This document shows, piece by piece, positions 35,287 to 50,859 of a stretch of DNA of 64,000 bases. Positions within the stretch are counted from its first letter, which is position 1; every line of letters starts with the position of its first letter. The notes beneath the pieces were generated by a model. The model saw only the letters and a program-made list of their open reading frames with translations. It did no database searches and was not told the origin of the DNA. The DNA comes from Gnetum montanum (Eukaryota; Plantae; Gnetophyta). Location of the stretch: the NCBI GenBank assembly GCA_015680685.1, contig MNCI01001005.1, forward strand, positions 203,438 through 267,437, in the 5' to 3' direction. A program made the position numbers and the translations under genes.

Positions 35287-37665
35287 TCATTGTGAGTTGA
35301 TGAGATTTTAAAACAAAGTGTTATGGGCACACATTGAGTGAGTGCATGATTATGGTCGTAGCTTAATATTAATTATGTATGTGTTTGGACTATGTGTTCT
35401 TGAGTTCTTACTTGTAAGATGAGATCTCAATCATGAGTTATGGAAGATATTCTCATTCAATTGTACTTTGCATCAAGGATAATTGTTGTATGATTGTAGA
35501 GCTTCATGCTCTTGAGTATTGTTAAGTGTTATGAGTGAAGTGATGTTGTGGATTTTGGAATCTAGATTGTAATATTCTTTACATCAATTAAATATAGCTA
35601 ATTTTATTATTTTTTAGAAAATTATTTATTCAATAGGTTTTTTTAAAGGATTTAAAAATTGAGTGACCTTGCTCCAGCATTATTGGTAATAGAGCATTAG
35701 GTTAATTATTACTTTGAAAATCATTATGAATTTTTTTCAAATTCAAATAATAACTAGGAAGTTCAAGCCTTGAACAGAGACATACAAAGCATGAAATCAT
35801 TCTTTCAACTAATGGTTGCTTAGTTGGATGAGATTAGTACTAAGGTAAATAGAAATGTAGGCCCTTGTCATATTCAAATGCATGAAGAAGATGAGCATTC
35901 ATGTTTGAATGATGATGAAGAAGTTTTTTAGGTAGGTAGAGAAAATAACAAGAAAGAAAAATCTAGCTATGGAAGTGTAGAACCCCATTAGGATAGGATT
36001 CTAATGAGAGGAAATCTAGTTCCTCATGTTAGAATTCCAAGAGCTCTATCAGTGATCACTAGTTCTTCTCATGAAAATATATATGAGTAAGATGAAGCTA
36101 GTCTTGATAGAGTATTCAAAAATGTTATCATACTTTCGTATGGGGAATTGAAGACTTTAAATAATGTCTATGGTACCAATGATTTTTCAAGTTGGCTAGG
36201 GGAAGTTGAGAAGCATTTAGAGTTAGAAGATGTATCAAACCAATTAAGGATATGTATTATTGAATCCATATTAGAAGATATTGCTTTTACTTGATGGAAA
36301 AAGAAGTCCCAAAGTTATGAAATAAAACATGGTTATACCATCAGAGGTTGGAATCAGATGAAACACAAGTTAAGAAGAAAAATTGAATAGTCTCATCAAA
36401 GGTAAGAAATCGTTATAAAATTGAAATTCCTATGAAAAAGCTAACAAAGATGTCAAGGAGTTTTACCTCAAATGTTGTAATCTATTCCATGAAGCTAAAA
36501 TGAATTTTAAGGAGTATGAATATGCTTCATTCTTCTTACAAGGTCTTAAAAGGATGTACCACCAAGAGTTGTCATTCTATGAGTCACAAAATCTTGATCA
36601 AGCTTATGATTTGGCATTCAAGGTAGAAAAGAAATTAAGTGGATTTTGAAATAGGGAAAGAAAAATTCCAAGGAAAAGGATAAGAAATCAAAATTTGAGA
36701 AGGGATCCAAGTCAAAATTTGAAGAGAAGAATGATCGCCATGACAAGAATATAGAGAAGGATGATAAGAAGGAAAAAGCCATGAACGACCAAGGCAAGAA
36801 AGGTAAGGATTAGTAGCAACTCATCCAAGATTCAATGTTTTAAGTATGAAGAATGGGGACATAAGCAATGGGAATGCTTACATCTCAAGACAACCAAGGG
36901 CAAGGATATGTAAACCATGAAAGTGAAGGAGACATCCAACTAAAAACTTTCAATAGGTAACTGTAATGCTCCTAGGATTAAGGAAGTTTCTTAATTAAAT
37001 TTATTCTACATTTATCAAGAATATGAATAGAGGAGACCATTCTACTAGAAAATTTTTGTTTTAAATTAGAGATAGATGTTTACTTACTAGTAAATGGATT
37101 TATATTTTTCTTGATGGGGGAGCCTAATAAAATGTTATTTCATCTAGGATAGTTACTAGATTATGTTTGGTAACTAATCCTCTTCCAAGATCCTACAAGG
37201 TACATTGGTTATCAAGGAATTACTCTTAAGAGGTGAGTGAACAATATGTTTTAAAAGTTAAAATTAGGAGGTTTTGTGATGTTATGAAACCTGAATTACT
37301 TTCAATAGATTATGCTTATGTAATTCTTGATAGACCTTGAAATTTCGACACTGATGCCTAATTTGATAGGTTAAGAAATGTATGAAGTGTACTTAGACAT
37401 GATGAAATTCATAAGTTGATTCCCATGATGATTGAATAAGTGAAGCAGAAAAGCATACTTTATGCTTTCTTAATCCTTCTATGAGAGGAAATATATTAAG
37501 AAACCTTTTATAGGTATGCCAGGCTTAAATGAGTATTTTTCCAAGGTATTCAAGGAAAAATTAGACGGATTACTAGTAATGATAAATGTATAACAACAAA
37601 TCAATTTCATTTCTAGTGATACCATTCCAAATAAGAGAGCATATCCAATGACATTGAATTAGTGG

Positions 37666-40600
37666 TGATGAATCATATTTTTTCTGGCTCTGATATCAAA
37701 TCCTTGATATTAGATGCCTGATATTGGGGCCCTAGAAGAAATATCAGGTATCCAATATCGTAGATGTGTGCTAGCCCATAAATATAGCACTTGGGCACAT
37801 GGTTTGGGCATAAGTTTTATCATAGCGTTCCAGAGCTCTTGTAGTTTCATTTCTCCAAAGATAGAATATTTTCCAAAGTTCCCATAGAAGAAGTCATTGA
37901 GTGTACAGATCTTTTTTTGAGCACTATTGTACTTGAGCACAGTAGTGTGTGTGGCAATAAAGATGAGCTTTTTGATAAATATTGTAGCACCTTGGCTAGT
38001 TTAATTATTTTATTTATGCATTTAATGCTTTATGAAATTTTATTTAATGCTTCCAAGTAATTAAGCTAAATTAAGCTAAGCTATGTTAGCTAAGTTAAAT
38101 AGCAATAAATTAAGCACATAAGTATGACTACTTCGAGCATGCGCATGATGCTTGGTAATCCCAGCAATGCTTCACATTTGGTAACCCAACAATGTTAGAT
38201 GTGTTCAAGATGTGTATGAAAACTGAGACTAGATACTTATGGTAGGATAAGTTAGAGATTAATGAGTTAGTTAGATTAAATTAGCCATTAAATTACTTCA
38301 TTCCTTTATTTTAAGCACCAAGAACATAAACATAAAAAATGATAAAAATCATATGCCTCAGTTGCACTTAACCATACCTTTGCATTCAATAATTATAACT
38401 AGGAATACCATGATTGTAGCGATTAGATTTCACTTTCTAGAACCAATGTGTACTTGAAGACTTAAGGTCTACGTGATTTGATTGAATTGCACATGAACAC
38501 TTATGATTCATATGGTTGAGCATAGGGGTATTCACCACTTATCATTGGCACCATTGTCGAGGACCTTTAGTTTGTTACATGTGCTATCTAGGATTTAGTG
38601 AAAAAATTTATTTAACATCATTAGAACAAACCCTAAATTCATATCATACATTCAAATAACTACAATAATTATAAGAAAGAACATTGCATTTCTTGTATTC
38701 TAATACAAGATCTCTTCTTCTCACATGAGTGATTCTCCACCTAAGTCTGATAGAGTAAATTAGTAGGTACCTTAGTAATACAGAGTGATATATGCTCATC
38801 CTAATGAGTATGTATCCAATTTCACCTTTGTTCTACACTAGGATGAACTATTGTAGTGGTGAGACATGGAGGGAAACATTGTGCTGCCATCCAATTAATC
38901 CATTCTTGTGACGTTCCATAAAACTCTTATGTGGTTGGGCATCCAAGGGTTTCATGCTAAATATGTTGCTTAGGATAGTGATGCCAGGGATTATGATCTT
39001 ACCAATGCATAATTTTTGAGGGATCAACAGCTAGAGAAGCACTACAAGTTTGCAAGGGGGAAGTGGTCCAATGATTCCCCATTCTTGATGTACTAAAAAG
39101 ATGGTGGAGAATCCTTTGTTGGGGTTTTTCATACAAAGAGACTTCTCTCTTTGACTTTGGTTAAGAAGGTCAAAACCAAAACCTATAGTCTATGATACAT
39201 AATCCTAGTTCTGGTAAGAATGGATCCCATGACAAAGGGAAATCCAAGGAGGAGAGTCATGGTAGGGATGTGGGTAAGCAGCATGATCATGATCATGATC
39301 GTGACCACCAAAGAGGGGGTGGCGAGTATCGTGATGGTGCTAGTCCTCCTTCCTCTTCACCTTTATCATCTTCTTCTTCCTCTTCTATCTCTAAACATAA
39401 CTATAGGGAATGTGATCATGATGGAGGTGATCAATGGGAACAAGATGATCATAGAGACCTTTAGGCAAGTCAAGATCTAGGGTGTGGGCATTCAAGAGAG
39501 GTGCATCATCATAAACAAAAGGGTAGAAAAGGGAATTGTGGGCACCAAGATCATGGCTATGATGAGCCTTTTCTTACCATTTAAAGCATGCTAAACATCA
39601 TGCAAGTGGTGAGAATTCCTACAAGGAACATAAAGGATAGCCAAATCAAGAGGCTAGACATGAATAATATCATCAAATTCAAAGGGCAATATAACTCAAA
39701 TTCATAGAACCATCTTCAAGATTTTCAAAATGCCTATGCCTTGAAAAATATAGAAAATAACTGGAAAATGCTTAGTTTGTTTCCCAGGACACTCATCAAA
39801 GAAGCAAAACTCTAGGACTAGTCCTTGGAGTTGGAATCAATCCACAAATGGAGTATGATTCTCGAACTATTCAATGATAACTATCAAACATACTCTTGAG
39901 TATTCAATCTAAAAAGGTAGATCTAAGGTTGGAAGAAAGAAACACATGAGCCCTTGGATGCCTCCATGGATAGATATTATTCCTTATTACATTGATAATC
40001 TAGTTATAGTTAATCTTAGTAGGAACAGCTTCGCCACATTGTAGATGAGCTTTGATCAAAAACAAGAAAAACTCTTGGAATCTACACCCAAGGAAGGCTA
40101 TCAAAGTTAAGATTTCATTAAATCTAATAGCTAAGCGACTAGGTAGCAAAAGAAGAAGGAGAGTTGAGAAAACATGAAAGTGTAGTAGAATATACCAAGA
40201 ACCTTCCATTTGCAAGAGGGATGTTTGATTTTGTGATAGTGAGGAGGAATCATCACTTGATCAGGTGGTGATCTAGAAAACCTTGCCAATTCAAAATTTT
40301 ACCTCTCAAATTTTGGCTAAGGTAGATCAGCTGTGGAACTCTATGGATAGTAGATTTTAAGCTATTCTAAAAATTGCTAAAGAATCCAAAGAAGAAAGTA
40401 GTAATCATGATTGTAGGAGGAAAAAAGAAGCTGAATGTGTCAATCAAAGGGGTAAGGGCAAGATTGCTACCATAGAGGAAATTATAAAAATTGAATTAGA
40501 TAATAATGGTTGATGTGACATCTAAGAATATGAACATCCTAAGGGATGTTGCCTCATCATGTCACACTTATAGGAGCCTAGGGTGTATTGAATCCATGAC

Positions 40601-43600
40601 TATCAAAATGACAAACAACTAGAAGGTTGTTGTATCCTCAAGGAAATCCTAGGAAGTTCTATTAGAAACAAAAATATTATCCAAGTGGAACTCCACCACA
40701 ACCATATGAGCAATATTAATAGTGGTAGCAATGACAATCATGGGCATTCCCACTACCAAGGTAGCAATACCCTTACAAACAACTAGATCTATATGGGCAT
40801 TATGTTTAGCAACCCCTATCTCCATATGACTATTATAGTCACATTTCTCTTTTCCAACATCACTACTACCCTCCTAAATACTATAGAACTCATTCTTCAT
40901 ATTCTAGAAGGGATACCAAATTTCATTCTTATCCTCCTCTTATTCTTGCATCAGTTCCTCTATCCTCAATGCAGCTACTACTTTCTCCATCCATGCAAGA
41001 TGAACTTCTAGCCTAGCCATAGCAACATAATGCTACCAGCACCATCAATCTAAATTCAGTTAATCAACTAAGTGATTATGAACCTTATGCTAATAAAAGA
41101 CCTTTATTCAGACCCAATAGCCTAACTAAACCCTCACATACACCTATGGTTGACAACCCTACTTCTTCATCTTCATTTGCATCTAATCCATTTAAGTCCC
41201 CTTCAAACTAAATACCACCTAGACTCCATATTGTTATGCTCACTCATGTCATATCTAATTGGATCCAAGAGAGCAACCTTCCTAGGAAATTACTTGATCT
41301 TGGGAGTCCTCTTATATATTTATAAATTTCTAGGAAAGAACTATGTCAAACTCTTCTTGATTTAGGTTCTAGTGTTAACCTGATTTCTCATGAGATTTAT
41401 GATGCTTAGAACCTACCACCTCTCAAAAAGAACAATATCTTATTGGTGGTGGTAGACCAGTCCATTACCATTTCATTGGAAGTAGTAGAAAACATTGTAA
41501 CCACTATTTGTGGGTGGCCTTATCCTATCAATTTCCTAGTAATCAAGGTTGATAACTATTAGGGGGACTTCCTAATCATTAGAGGAAGGGCATTGCTAGG
41601 CACTATTGATGTGAGAATGGGCATCAAAGATCTTTCCTTGGAAATATCTATGGAAAATGAATTTGGAAAGATTGAGAAGAATCAAGTTCCATTTATTACA
41701 TAAAATAATACAAGGTGCAAATTGCATGCAAAAACGTTGGTCCAAGAAATGAGCATCTATTTCCATGAGTAAGTAGTGTGCGCATGAAGTAGATATTCAA
41801 AGGTGCCTATATGTAGTGGTCACAAAATAAGAGGATACCTAGTGGCTGAACACTAATTCTAAAAATAGAACAATGTGTAAGGAACCTACTAAGAGCCTGA
41901 CATGTGCTTATGGAATAATCATGAATGAACTAGAGCAAGTTCATCACCAACTCTCTAATAATACAAATGATGATACCTATTTGGGAGAGTTGGAAATTCC
42001 TAAAAATTTTAAATAAGAGCCTCTTGAGTTAAAAACTCTAACTACTAGAATGGAATATGCATTCTTGAAAAATGAAAAGCTAGTAACCATTAATGAAAAT
42101 CTTACTCTTCAACAGAAATAGATGTTGTTGAAAGTAGTTAATAAATGGCCAACAATATTTACTTGATCATATCCTAAACTCACTAGAATTGATCCATAGA
42201 TTTGCCAGCACCACATTTATACTAATCCATCCATGAAGCCAAAGAGGCAACAACAATAGTAGTTGAATCCAAAATTGAAGCAAATTATCAAAGAGGAGAT
42301 TAAGCAACTCCTTAAGGTAGGATTTATCTACCCCATTGTGGATAGCGAGTGGGTCAAGCCACTCACAATAGTGCCAAAGAGAGGTGGTAAATGGTGGATT
42401 TGTATCAACTTTAGGTTGTTAAACATGGAAACATTCAAAGATAATTTTCCATTATCATTTGTTGATCAAGTGTTGGACACCATATCTAGGCATTGCTATT
42501 ATAGTTTTCTGGATGGTTATAGTGGCCATAACCAAATCTAGATTGCATCAAAAGATAAGGCCAAACCAATGTTCACGAATCCTCAAGGAACCTTTGCATA
42601 TCACAAAATGCCTTTTGGTCTATGCAATGCTCATGCCACTTTCCAACATCTAGTCTTGATCATCTTTCAGCAGAAAATTGGTAGAAGAGTAGAAGTCTTC
42701 ATAGATGAATTCTCTACTTATGGTGCTATGTTTGAGAAAGTCTTAGACCACCTTGAGCAATTACTTAAAAGATGTGTGGAAATAAAACTTGTAGCTTAAT
42801 TGGAAAAAGACCCATCTCATAGTCTAAGAAAGCATTGTATTGGGGTATATAATTTTTTTAGAAAGTGATTGAGGTAGACCCCAAAAAGATAAGGATGATC
42901 CAAGAAATTACCCATCAACCAAAAACTATAAAATATGTCTAACCATTCCTTAGACACACTAGCTACTACCAATGATTTATAGAGAATTTCACTAAGATTG
43001 TGAAAGCATTGATTAATCTAACAAAGAAAGATGCTCCCTTGATCTAGACAAAGAAATGTGAAAAGGCATTCTAAATCCTCAAGCAAAATCTCGTAGAGAC
43101 TCCAATTATACAAGCACTTCACTAGTTTAGACTATTTTATATAATGATAGATGCATCTAATTATTCCTTGGGAGCTATTCTTGCATAATTAGATGATAAG
43201 AAACATCCATATTACATCCACTACACAAGTTGAAGCATTGTGGATGTATAGTTGAATTACACCACCATAGAGAAAGAATTGATGGTGGTGGTGTATGCTC
43301 TAGAGAAGTTCAAGAACTATGTACTTGGATACAAAGTGTTTGTGCACACTAATCACAGTGCCATTTTCTTCCTCATGAACAAGCCAATGGTGAGCCCCTA
43401 TGTCATATGGTGACTAGTGATCTTATAGGAATTCGATCTTACAATGGTAGATTAAAAAGGAACTGAGAATTTGGTCACTGACCAATTGTATCGATTACGA
43501 TGGAACAACAAAGAGGAGGGAAGCCCACTATCTAATTAGTTTCCTGATGAACTCCTCTTTGCCTTGGCTATAACTAAACCATTGGCTAGTAAGCCTAAAT

Positions 43601-46600
43601 GATACTATGGTATTTTCACTTATCTTCTTACTCAAGAGATTCCATAAGAGTTCGATCATTGGAAGTGCTTCATGGAGATCAACAGGCACCTATACAAGGT
43701 GTGCACTGATGGCCTAGTTCGTTGGTGTGTCCCTAATGTTGATCAGCTACATGTTCTTCAAGATCCTCTTGAGGGTCCTTGCAAGAGCCACTATGATGAG
43801 AGATGCATAGTCATTAAAATCCTGATGGTAGGTATTATTGGCCAATAATTTTTAGGAATGCTCACCAATTTGTCCACTCCTGTGAATGTCACCAATTAGA
43901 TGTTGAAATGACTACTCAAATGACTACTTCGATCTTTGTACATTGTCAACAACCTATGACCTTTACCTTAACTTAAGTCTATCATAGAAATAAATATTAA
44001 TGAATCTTAACCTACTAGATGAAAATTGATTAGTGGCTATCATATAATGAGTTGTACAAAGCATTCAATAAAAAGCAACATGACCTTAGAATAAGGAATG
44101 TAAAATTTCAACTGGGAGATAAGGTCCTCTATTGGAACCCCACCCACATACCTTAACAAATGAAGTTCCAAACATTGTGGGAAGGACCTTACATTATTTA
44201 CAAAACTTTTTACTTTGGGGCCATTTTGATCTACAAACTTGAGAGCCCAAACAAGAAGTAGTTGGTCAATATCCACAGAAAAAGCCTATCGATGAGCCTA
44301 AGCAAGCTTGTGCAACAAATACCTTAATGGATGGACAATCATGCTCAATTTCTTGGATCTCCTCCTTTCAACCTAGTTGTGGAGGAGATGGCCATCCATG
44401 CTAATCATATACATGGCTCCTTAGTTTTTCTATCTTTTGTTTTACATATTTTTGTTTTTGCAAATTGTTTATTTTATACCTTTTTGATTTTAAGACTTTT
44501 TCTTATCTCATCCCATTTTTTTAGTTTACATCATTGTTAGTACATTTAAATTTTTTTTTGAATATTTCACAATTTCTTATATATTTTACTTTATTTTAGT
44601 GTGATTTTCTAATTTCTCTTAATAATGTGGCTTATTACCAACTAGGTACAATGTGGTTTGTTTGATATGTGCATGTTCTATCTAGTTATTTTATTATTTG
44701 TTTCTAGATTCTAGCTTTGAATTTTGTTGTTTATAACTACGACATGGTTTCTTTTTCATGAAATAGGCAATGAGTCTACGACATCCATCCATCCAAAAAC
44801 TCTATGGTTTTCTTTATTCTAGAAGTATGAGGTTCCTTTTTTATTAATAAAACATTAACAAACTTGTGACCTTGGTAGCTTTTGAACTTGAAAAGGATTC
44901 AAAGGTGTGAACAACTGGGACTTCAAGGGGACTCAATATTCTTTGTGCCTTTATGCTTACTTGGGTGCATGTGTGTTTTCATGGATTTCTTACCATTCCA
45001 TGTCAACCAATAATAGGAAGTTGAATAGGACTTTTCATGGTGTGGTTCCCATTTCAAGAAAAAGTAATGGGAATTCATAGCACATCCCTTAGACAGAATA
45101 AATGGGCTACAAGCATTAGTTATGGAACTAGAAAGACATGTTACCCATTCTTGAATGTCCCCTCTAACTAAGGCCCTTTCTAAATTCTTCATTCTCTTTT
45201 CTTCTTAAAATAAGAAATGATGGTTGTTATATGTGAGAACTCTTGTGTCTTGAGGTGATGGACCGATCTTAGAGTGACAATGTAAAGTTACTAAACATGG
45301 TTGGTTGGTCTAGACTAAGGATGGATTTTATCAGGTCATCCAACCACAAAATTCACAAGGAACTTCAAGTGACCTTAATTGGAAACTCTATTTCACTTTC
45401 TCTCTCAACCATCTATGCTTTCCATGCCTCACCTAACTGTTGATGTTCATGATCTTGTTTGATGTCTTGGATTGATGTGTCAAAATTCCTAGGTAGTTTC
45501 TTCTGGTTTTTTGTACTTAACTTTTTGTAATCATTAATCATTCATGGGGCCCATTGACTCCTTGGTTTGAGGTTATGCAAGGACAACAAAGGGTGTGTGC
45601 CTACTTTGGGGAGGATCCACTTGCATACCTTTTGGTTGGGTTATTTAATTTCTTTATCCTTAGACATTCTCACAATCAAATCCTTTTGTATGCCCCATCA
45701 ATGACATCCAACTATGTGCATCTTCACAATGTTTTTCAATGAAATTTTCTTTTTCTTGTTATTATGAATTCTTTAAACCTCTTCAAGAATTTCATCACAT
45801 TTGGCCTTTTTTATAGTTTAATACTAAACCATTTATCAATTTCACCCTACTTTTCAATGTTCCTACTAATACTATTAAATGAATCAATTGACCATAATCA
45901 CAACCTAGCCAACTATAACAACTAACGAGACAAGGTATCTAAAGGCTATATGTTACACATTACATACTAATCTATGATTTTTTTATGATTATAGTGAGAA
46001 GAATGGACTCGAAGCAGGATTATCTTCACCAAAGAAGAAGCAACAATAGTATGTAATGAGGATCCTTCATGATCATTAAATCTTAACGCTCGCTCTTCAG
46101 CTGCTAGAGGAGTTCGATGTTAGTTTTAGACCAGGTGTTCAATTCTATTATTTTTGTAAAAGATTGTAAATATATACACGTTGGTACTTAGAGTCTGTCT
46201 CTCCCATCTAAGTTAGTTTGTGTGTCAACGAATAATTCTGTACCTTTCTAATATTTTGTAAGGGACTTGTTCCTTCTTTCATTTACTCAATGATGAGTTT
46301 TCATTTAGTCATGGGGGTACGATGAAACATATTTTTCTAGCTCTAATATTGGATATTTAGTCATGAAGGTATGATTAATTGTATTTTTTCTAGCTCTGAT
46401 ATTAGATATCCTATATCGGAGCCTTGATATCAAATACCCAATATCGCAACCTAAGAAGCAATGTCAAATATCTGATATTCTAGGATGTGTGCCAACCTAT
46501 AAATATAGTGCTTCACCACATAGTTTGGGCATAAGTTTTGTCATAGCATAGCAGAGATCTTGTAGTTTCTTTTCTCCAAAGTTAAAATATTTTCCGAAGT

Positions 46601-47226
46601 GCCTGCATTGTTGTACTTGATCATAGCTATGTGTGCAGCAATAAAGAAAAACTTTCTAATAAACCTTGCAGCACCTTGGATAGATTATTTATTTTATTTA
46701 TGGATTTGATGCTTTATGCAATTTTATTTAAATATTTCAAGTAATTAATCTAAACTAAGCTAAGCTAAGTTAGATAAGTTGAATAGTAATAAATTAAGCA
46801 CATAAGTATGCCAGCTTCAAGCATGTGCATGACACTTGGTAATCCTAGTAACGCTTAACCTTTGGTAATGCAACAATGTTAGACATGTTAAGGATATGTT
46901 TGGAAAGTGGGACTAGATACTTATGTTAGGATTAGCTAGAGATTAGTGATTTAGTTAGATTAAATTATCCATTAAATTACTTAATTTCTTTATTTTAAGC
47001 ACCAAGAACATAAACATAAAACATGGTAAAAATCAGACACCTCAGTTACACTTAACCATACCTTTGCATTTTACAAGTATAACTAGGAAGAAAAAAATTA
47101 TAATGATTATATTTCACTTCTTAGAACCCATGTACTTGAAGACTTAAGGTCTACAAAATTTGATCAGATCACACATGAACACTTGTAATTCATATGGTTG
47201 AGGTTAGGGGCATTCGCCACTCATCA
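37666..47226 (+). mobile_element. Athila-like element with decayed gag-PR-RT-RH and partly deleted IN, TSD AGTGG
   Basis: 5' LTR 37666-38544; 3' LTR ~46320/46372-47226; PBS TGGCACCATTGTCGAGGA; RT FLDGYSGHNQI, MPFGLCNA; IN tail WEGPYII; TSD 37661-37665 and 47227-47231. Confidence 0.93.
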
Positions 47227-50200
47227 AGTGGGTAGAATAACAAAGGAAAGTATAGGAGTTACTTGCAAATGGCTTCATGAGAAAATCAATTTTACCTTGT
47301 GTAGTTCTAGTAGTGCTTGTGCCAAAGAAGAATAATAATGAATGGAGGATATGCATTGACTCCAAGAAAGTCAACAGGATAATAGTGAGGCATAGGTTTT
47401 TTATTCCAAGGATGGATGATATGGTTGATGTTGTTGCTAATGTACACATTTTTAGTAAAATTGATTTGAAGAGTGTTTATCATTAAATTTGAATCAAGCA
47501 TGGTGATGAATGAAGGATAGGCTTTAAAATACTAATGAATTCTTTGAATGGTTGGTGATGCCATTTGAAATCACAAATGCATCTACTATATTCATGAGGT
47601 TGATGCATGATGTACTTAAAGATTAGATCGGTAAGCATTTTATTATCTTTTCTAATGACATTTTAGTGTACAATTCTTATGAATATGAGAACTTTGATTA
47701 CTTAGAAATAGTGTGTCTAAAATTGGAAGAGGCACATTTGGTAATCAATGAGAAGAAAAGTCATTTCTTTACTAGGAAAATCACATACATCAAGCATGTG
47801 ATTTCCAAAAACAAAATTTAGATGGAAGCTACCAAGATGAGGACTATTAGAGATTGGCCAACTCCTAAGAATGTTGGGGGAAGTAAGATCAATCCTTAGC
47901 TTAGCAAGTTTTTATTGAAGATTCATAAAAAATTTCAATGATATTTCTTGGTATATGTTTGATTTGTTAAAGAAAAATAAATATTTTATGTGGTGTGATG
48001 AAACCCAAAGGAGCTTTAATTTTCTAAAATAAAAACTAACTAGTGAGTCAATGCTTACAATTCTATGTGTTTATAAGCCTTTTTAACTGGAGGTGGATGC
48101 ATATGAACTTAACATTTGAAGGGTACTTTGACAAGAATGTAACCTTGTTATTTTGTTTCTAAAATGTTAAATGAGTCAAGGTAAAAATATAGCATATATA
48201 AGAAGGAGTTGTATGTTATTCTTTAACCAATTAAGCATTGGAGACATTACTTATTATCCAAGGAGTTCACCTTGATGATGGACCATAACCACTTTAGTTT
48301 CTAAATTCTTAAAATAGCTTGAGTGCTAAATACATGAAATGTATTGTACAATTTCAAGATTTCAATTTTGTACTTAAGCACAAAATTGGAAAATCCAATG
48401 TGATGGATAATGCATTATTTAGGGTGCATGTAGTTGATTTCATTATACTACATGTGAAAGCTATGGGTTATTTAACTGCTTTGTATGAGCATGATCATGA
48501 TTTTGAGTAGGTGAAAAAAATCCTCAAGGAAGCATTGTTGAGTTGGATAGGCCAGTGGAGAGACTATCATATTTAAGATAAACTGTTATTCCAAAATAGA
48601 AAGGTATGCATTCCTAATTATGAGTTTAGAAAGAAATTTTTCTTTTCAAAAGCATTGTAATGGCATGGCAGGTTATATGGATAGGGATAAAACATTGGAT
48701 CTTATTGGTAGAAACTAATTAGAGCCTAGAATGACATTTGAAGTTTACAAGTTTGTGAAGGAGTGCTTGCCATGTCAAAAATTCAAAGGATATAAAGGAG
48801 TGGATGGACATTACATACCTTTGTCAATTTCCAAGGATTCATGGAAAAATATGTCAAGGGATTATATGAGTGATATTTCAAAGACCAAGTGTAAAAAATG
48901 CTATTTTTGTTGTGGTGAATAGGTTCTCCAAGATGGAAAACTTCATTTCATCCAAAAATATGAATGATGCATTTCATATGGAAACTTTAATTTTACAACA
49001 TGTAAAATTACATGATATTAATTTGAATATTATTAGTAATAGAGACTCCAGGTTCACTAGTCATTTTTGAATGTTCCTCTAGAAAATTTTAGGGACAAAG
49101 CTAAATTTTTCTAGTGTATATCATCCATAATTTGATGGTCAAACTGAAGCAGTGAAAAAATATTTGTTAAATATTTTGGAATATTTATGTGATGGACATC
49201 CCAATCAATGGAAAATTTTGTTACATCATGTTGAATTTTCATATAATAATGATTTGCACATTATCATTGGAAAAAGATCATTTTAGATGAATTATTATTT
49301 TTTTTCAAAGATGGTGAATAATGTGAAGAGCATTGAGGGTGAAACTTAACTCAGTGCTAATTTTTTTCTAGAGATGAAGGATTTTCATGCACATGTAAAG
49401 GTAAATCTCAAAGAGAAGACTCAAGAAAGATTTCTTAAGAGGAATGAGGATATGTAGAAGGCTATCTTTTATATTAGTGACCTAGTTTAGGTGCACTTGA
49501 AAAAGAAGAGATTAAGAGGTATCTACTTCTCTAAGTTGAAAGTCAAGAAGATGTATCCTTTTAGAATCAAAGCCAAAATTAATAATAATGCTTTTGAGAT
49601 TAACTTATCCAACAATGTTAATATTTATTTTGTGTTTAATGTTTCAAATATTAGGCATTTCCATGGATTTGTTGTTGATGAAAACTTATAGGGTATCATC
49701 AATATGTTGAAGGGGGCTATTAATCTATCTAAATCTTGAATGAAGAGGAAGATAATTATGCTTAAGTAGAGAGATGTTTCAAGAAATTGGGGAGTGAAGA
49801 GACATGAGTACTTGATCCATTGGAAGGATTAATCAATGGATGATGTTGTATGGGTCCATGAGACCAAACATGTTAAGTGAGGAATCACTTCTACCCATAC
49901 TCTCTTGTTTACATGAGTTCACTTGTTAAAGGGTGAAAGAGTTGGTATAGGAACACCTCTTCCAATTCTCGTTTCTTCTCCCCACAAATTATTTTTGCAC
50001 ATTTTGGCTTTGTGAATATGTTTGAAATATGTAGGAGATGTCTTGACTAAGATTTGAGCTTACAAAGAGATGACTTGCATGTGTAGGGGATGTCTCAACT
50101 AAGGAGACATCTTACCTTATTTGAAGATATCTCAAGTAAGAAGTCCTAGATTTTATGAGATATCTTTGGGGAGAAGTCTCATAGTAGAAGGATATATCTT

Positions 50201-50859
50201 CCTCTCTCAATAGAATTCTCACCTAAATGGTAAAATTTTATAGAGAATATCCTAGGAAATCCAAGGATGACCCATACAGTTGGGAAAACTTCCAAATTGG
50301 CAATTCCAAATTGGAAAGAAGCTAAGTTAGATGAGAATAAAAAGGAAAACATCCAAATATATTTAAGTTGATCTTGAGGAAAGGATTTTAAATTTCCTAA
50401 CTATAATTTTCAATAAATATTATTTTTTCTTTAAGGTTTGTATCATCATCTTGAGTTGATAATATTTTGTAAGAGAGTGTCATAAGAACACATTAAGTGA
50501 GTGCATAATTATGATTGCATCTCAAGGTTAATTATTTATATGTTTAGCCTATGTGTTTTTGTGTTCTTGCTTGTGAATTACAATCTTAATCCTAACTTGT
50601 GAGAGAGATTATCATTCAACTGTGCCTTGAATTAAGGATAATCATTGTATGGTTGTACCACCTCATGCTCTACAACATCGTTGAATGTTGTAAGCAAAGT
50701 GATGTTATGGGTTATGGAACTGAGATTGTAATCTTCTTTACATCAATTGAAGATAACTATTTTTTTTGTAGTAAATTATTTTATCTTCATAATATTTGGA
50801 TTCAATAGGTGTTTTGAACAATTTAAAATTTCAGTGATCTTGCTCCAATCCTTAATACT

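Larger units (their letters stand above)
31080..50850 (+). mobile_element. Decayed chromovirus (CRM/Reina-type) interrupted by two insertions
   Basis: 5' LTR ~31080-31544 plus 35287-35682; PBS TGGTAATAGAGC; gag knuckle QCFKYEEWGHKQWEC; protease LDGG; RT FSKIDLKSVYH; RH; IN DGQTE; chromodomain HEYLIHWKD...VW near 49800; PPT AAAGGGTGAAAGAG; 3' LTR 49943-~50850. Confidence 0.85.
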
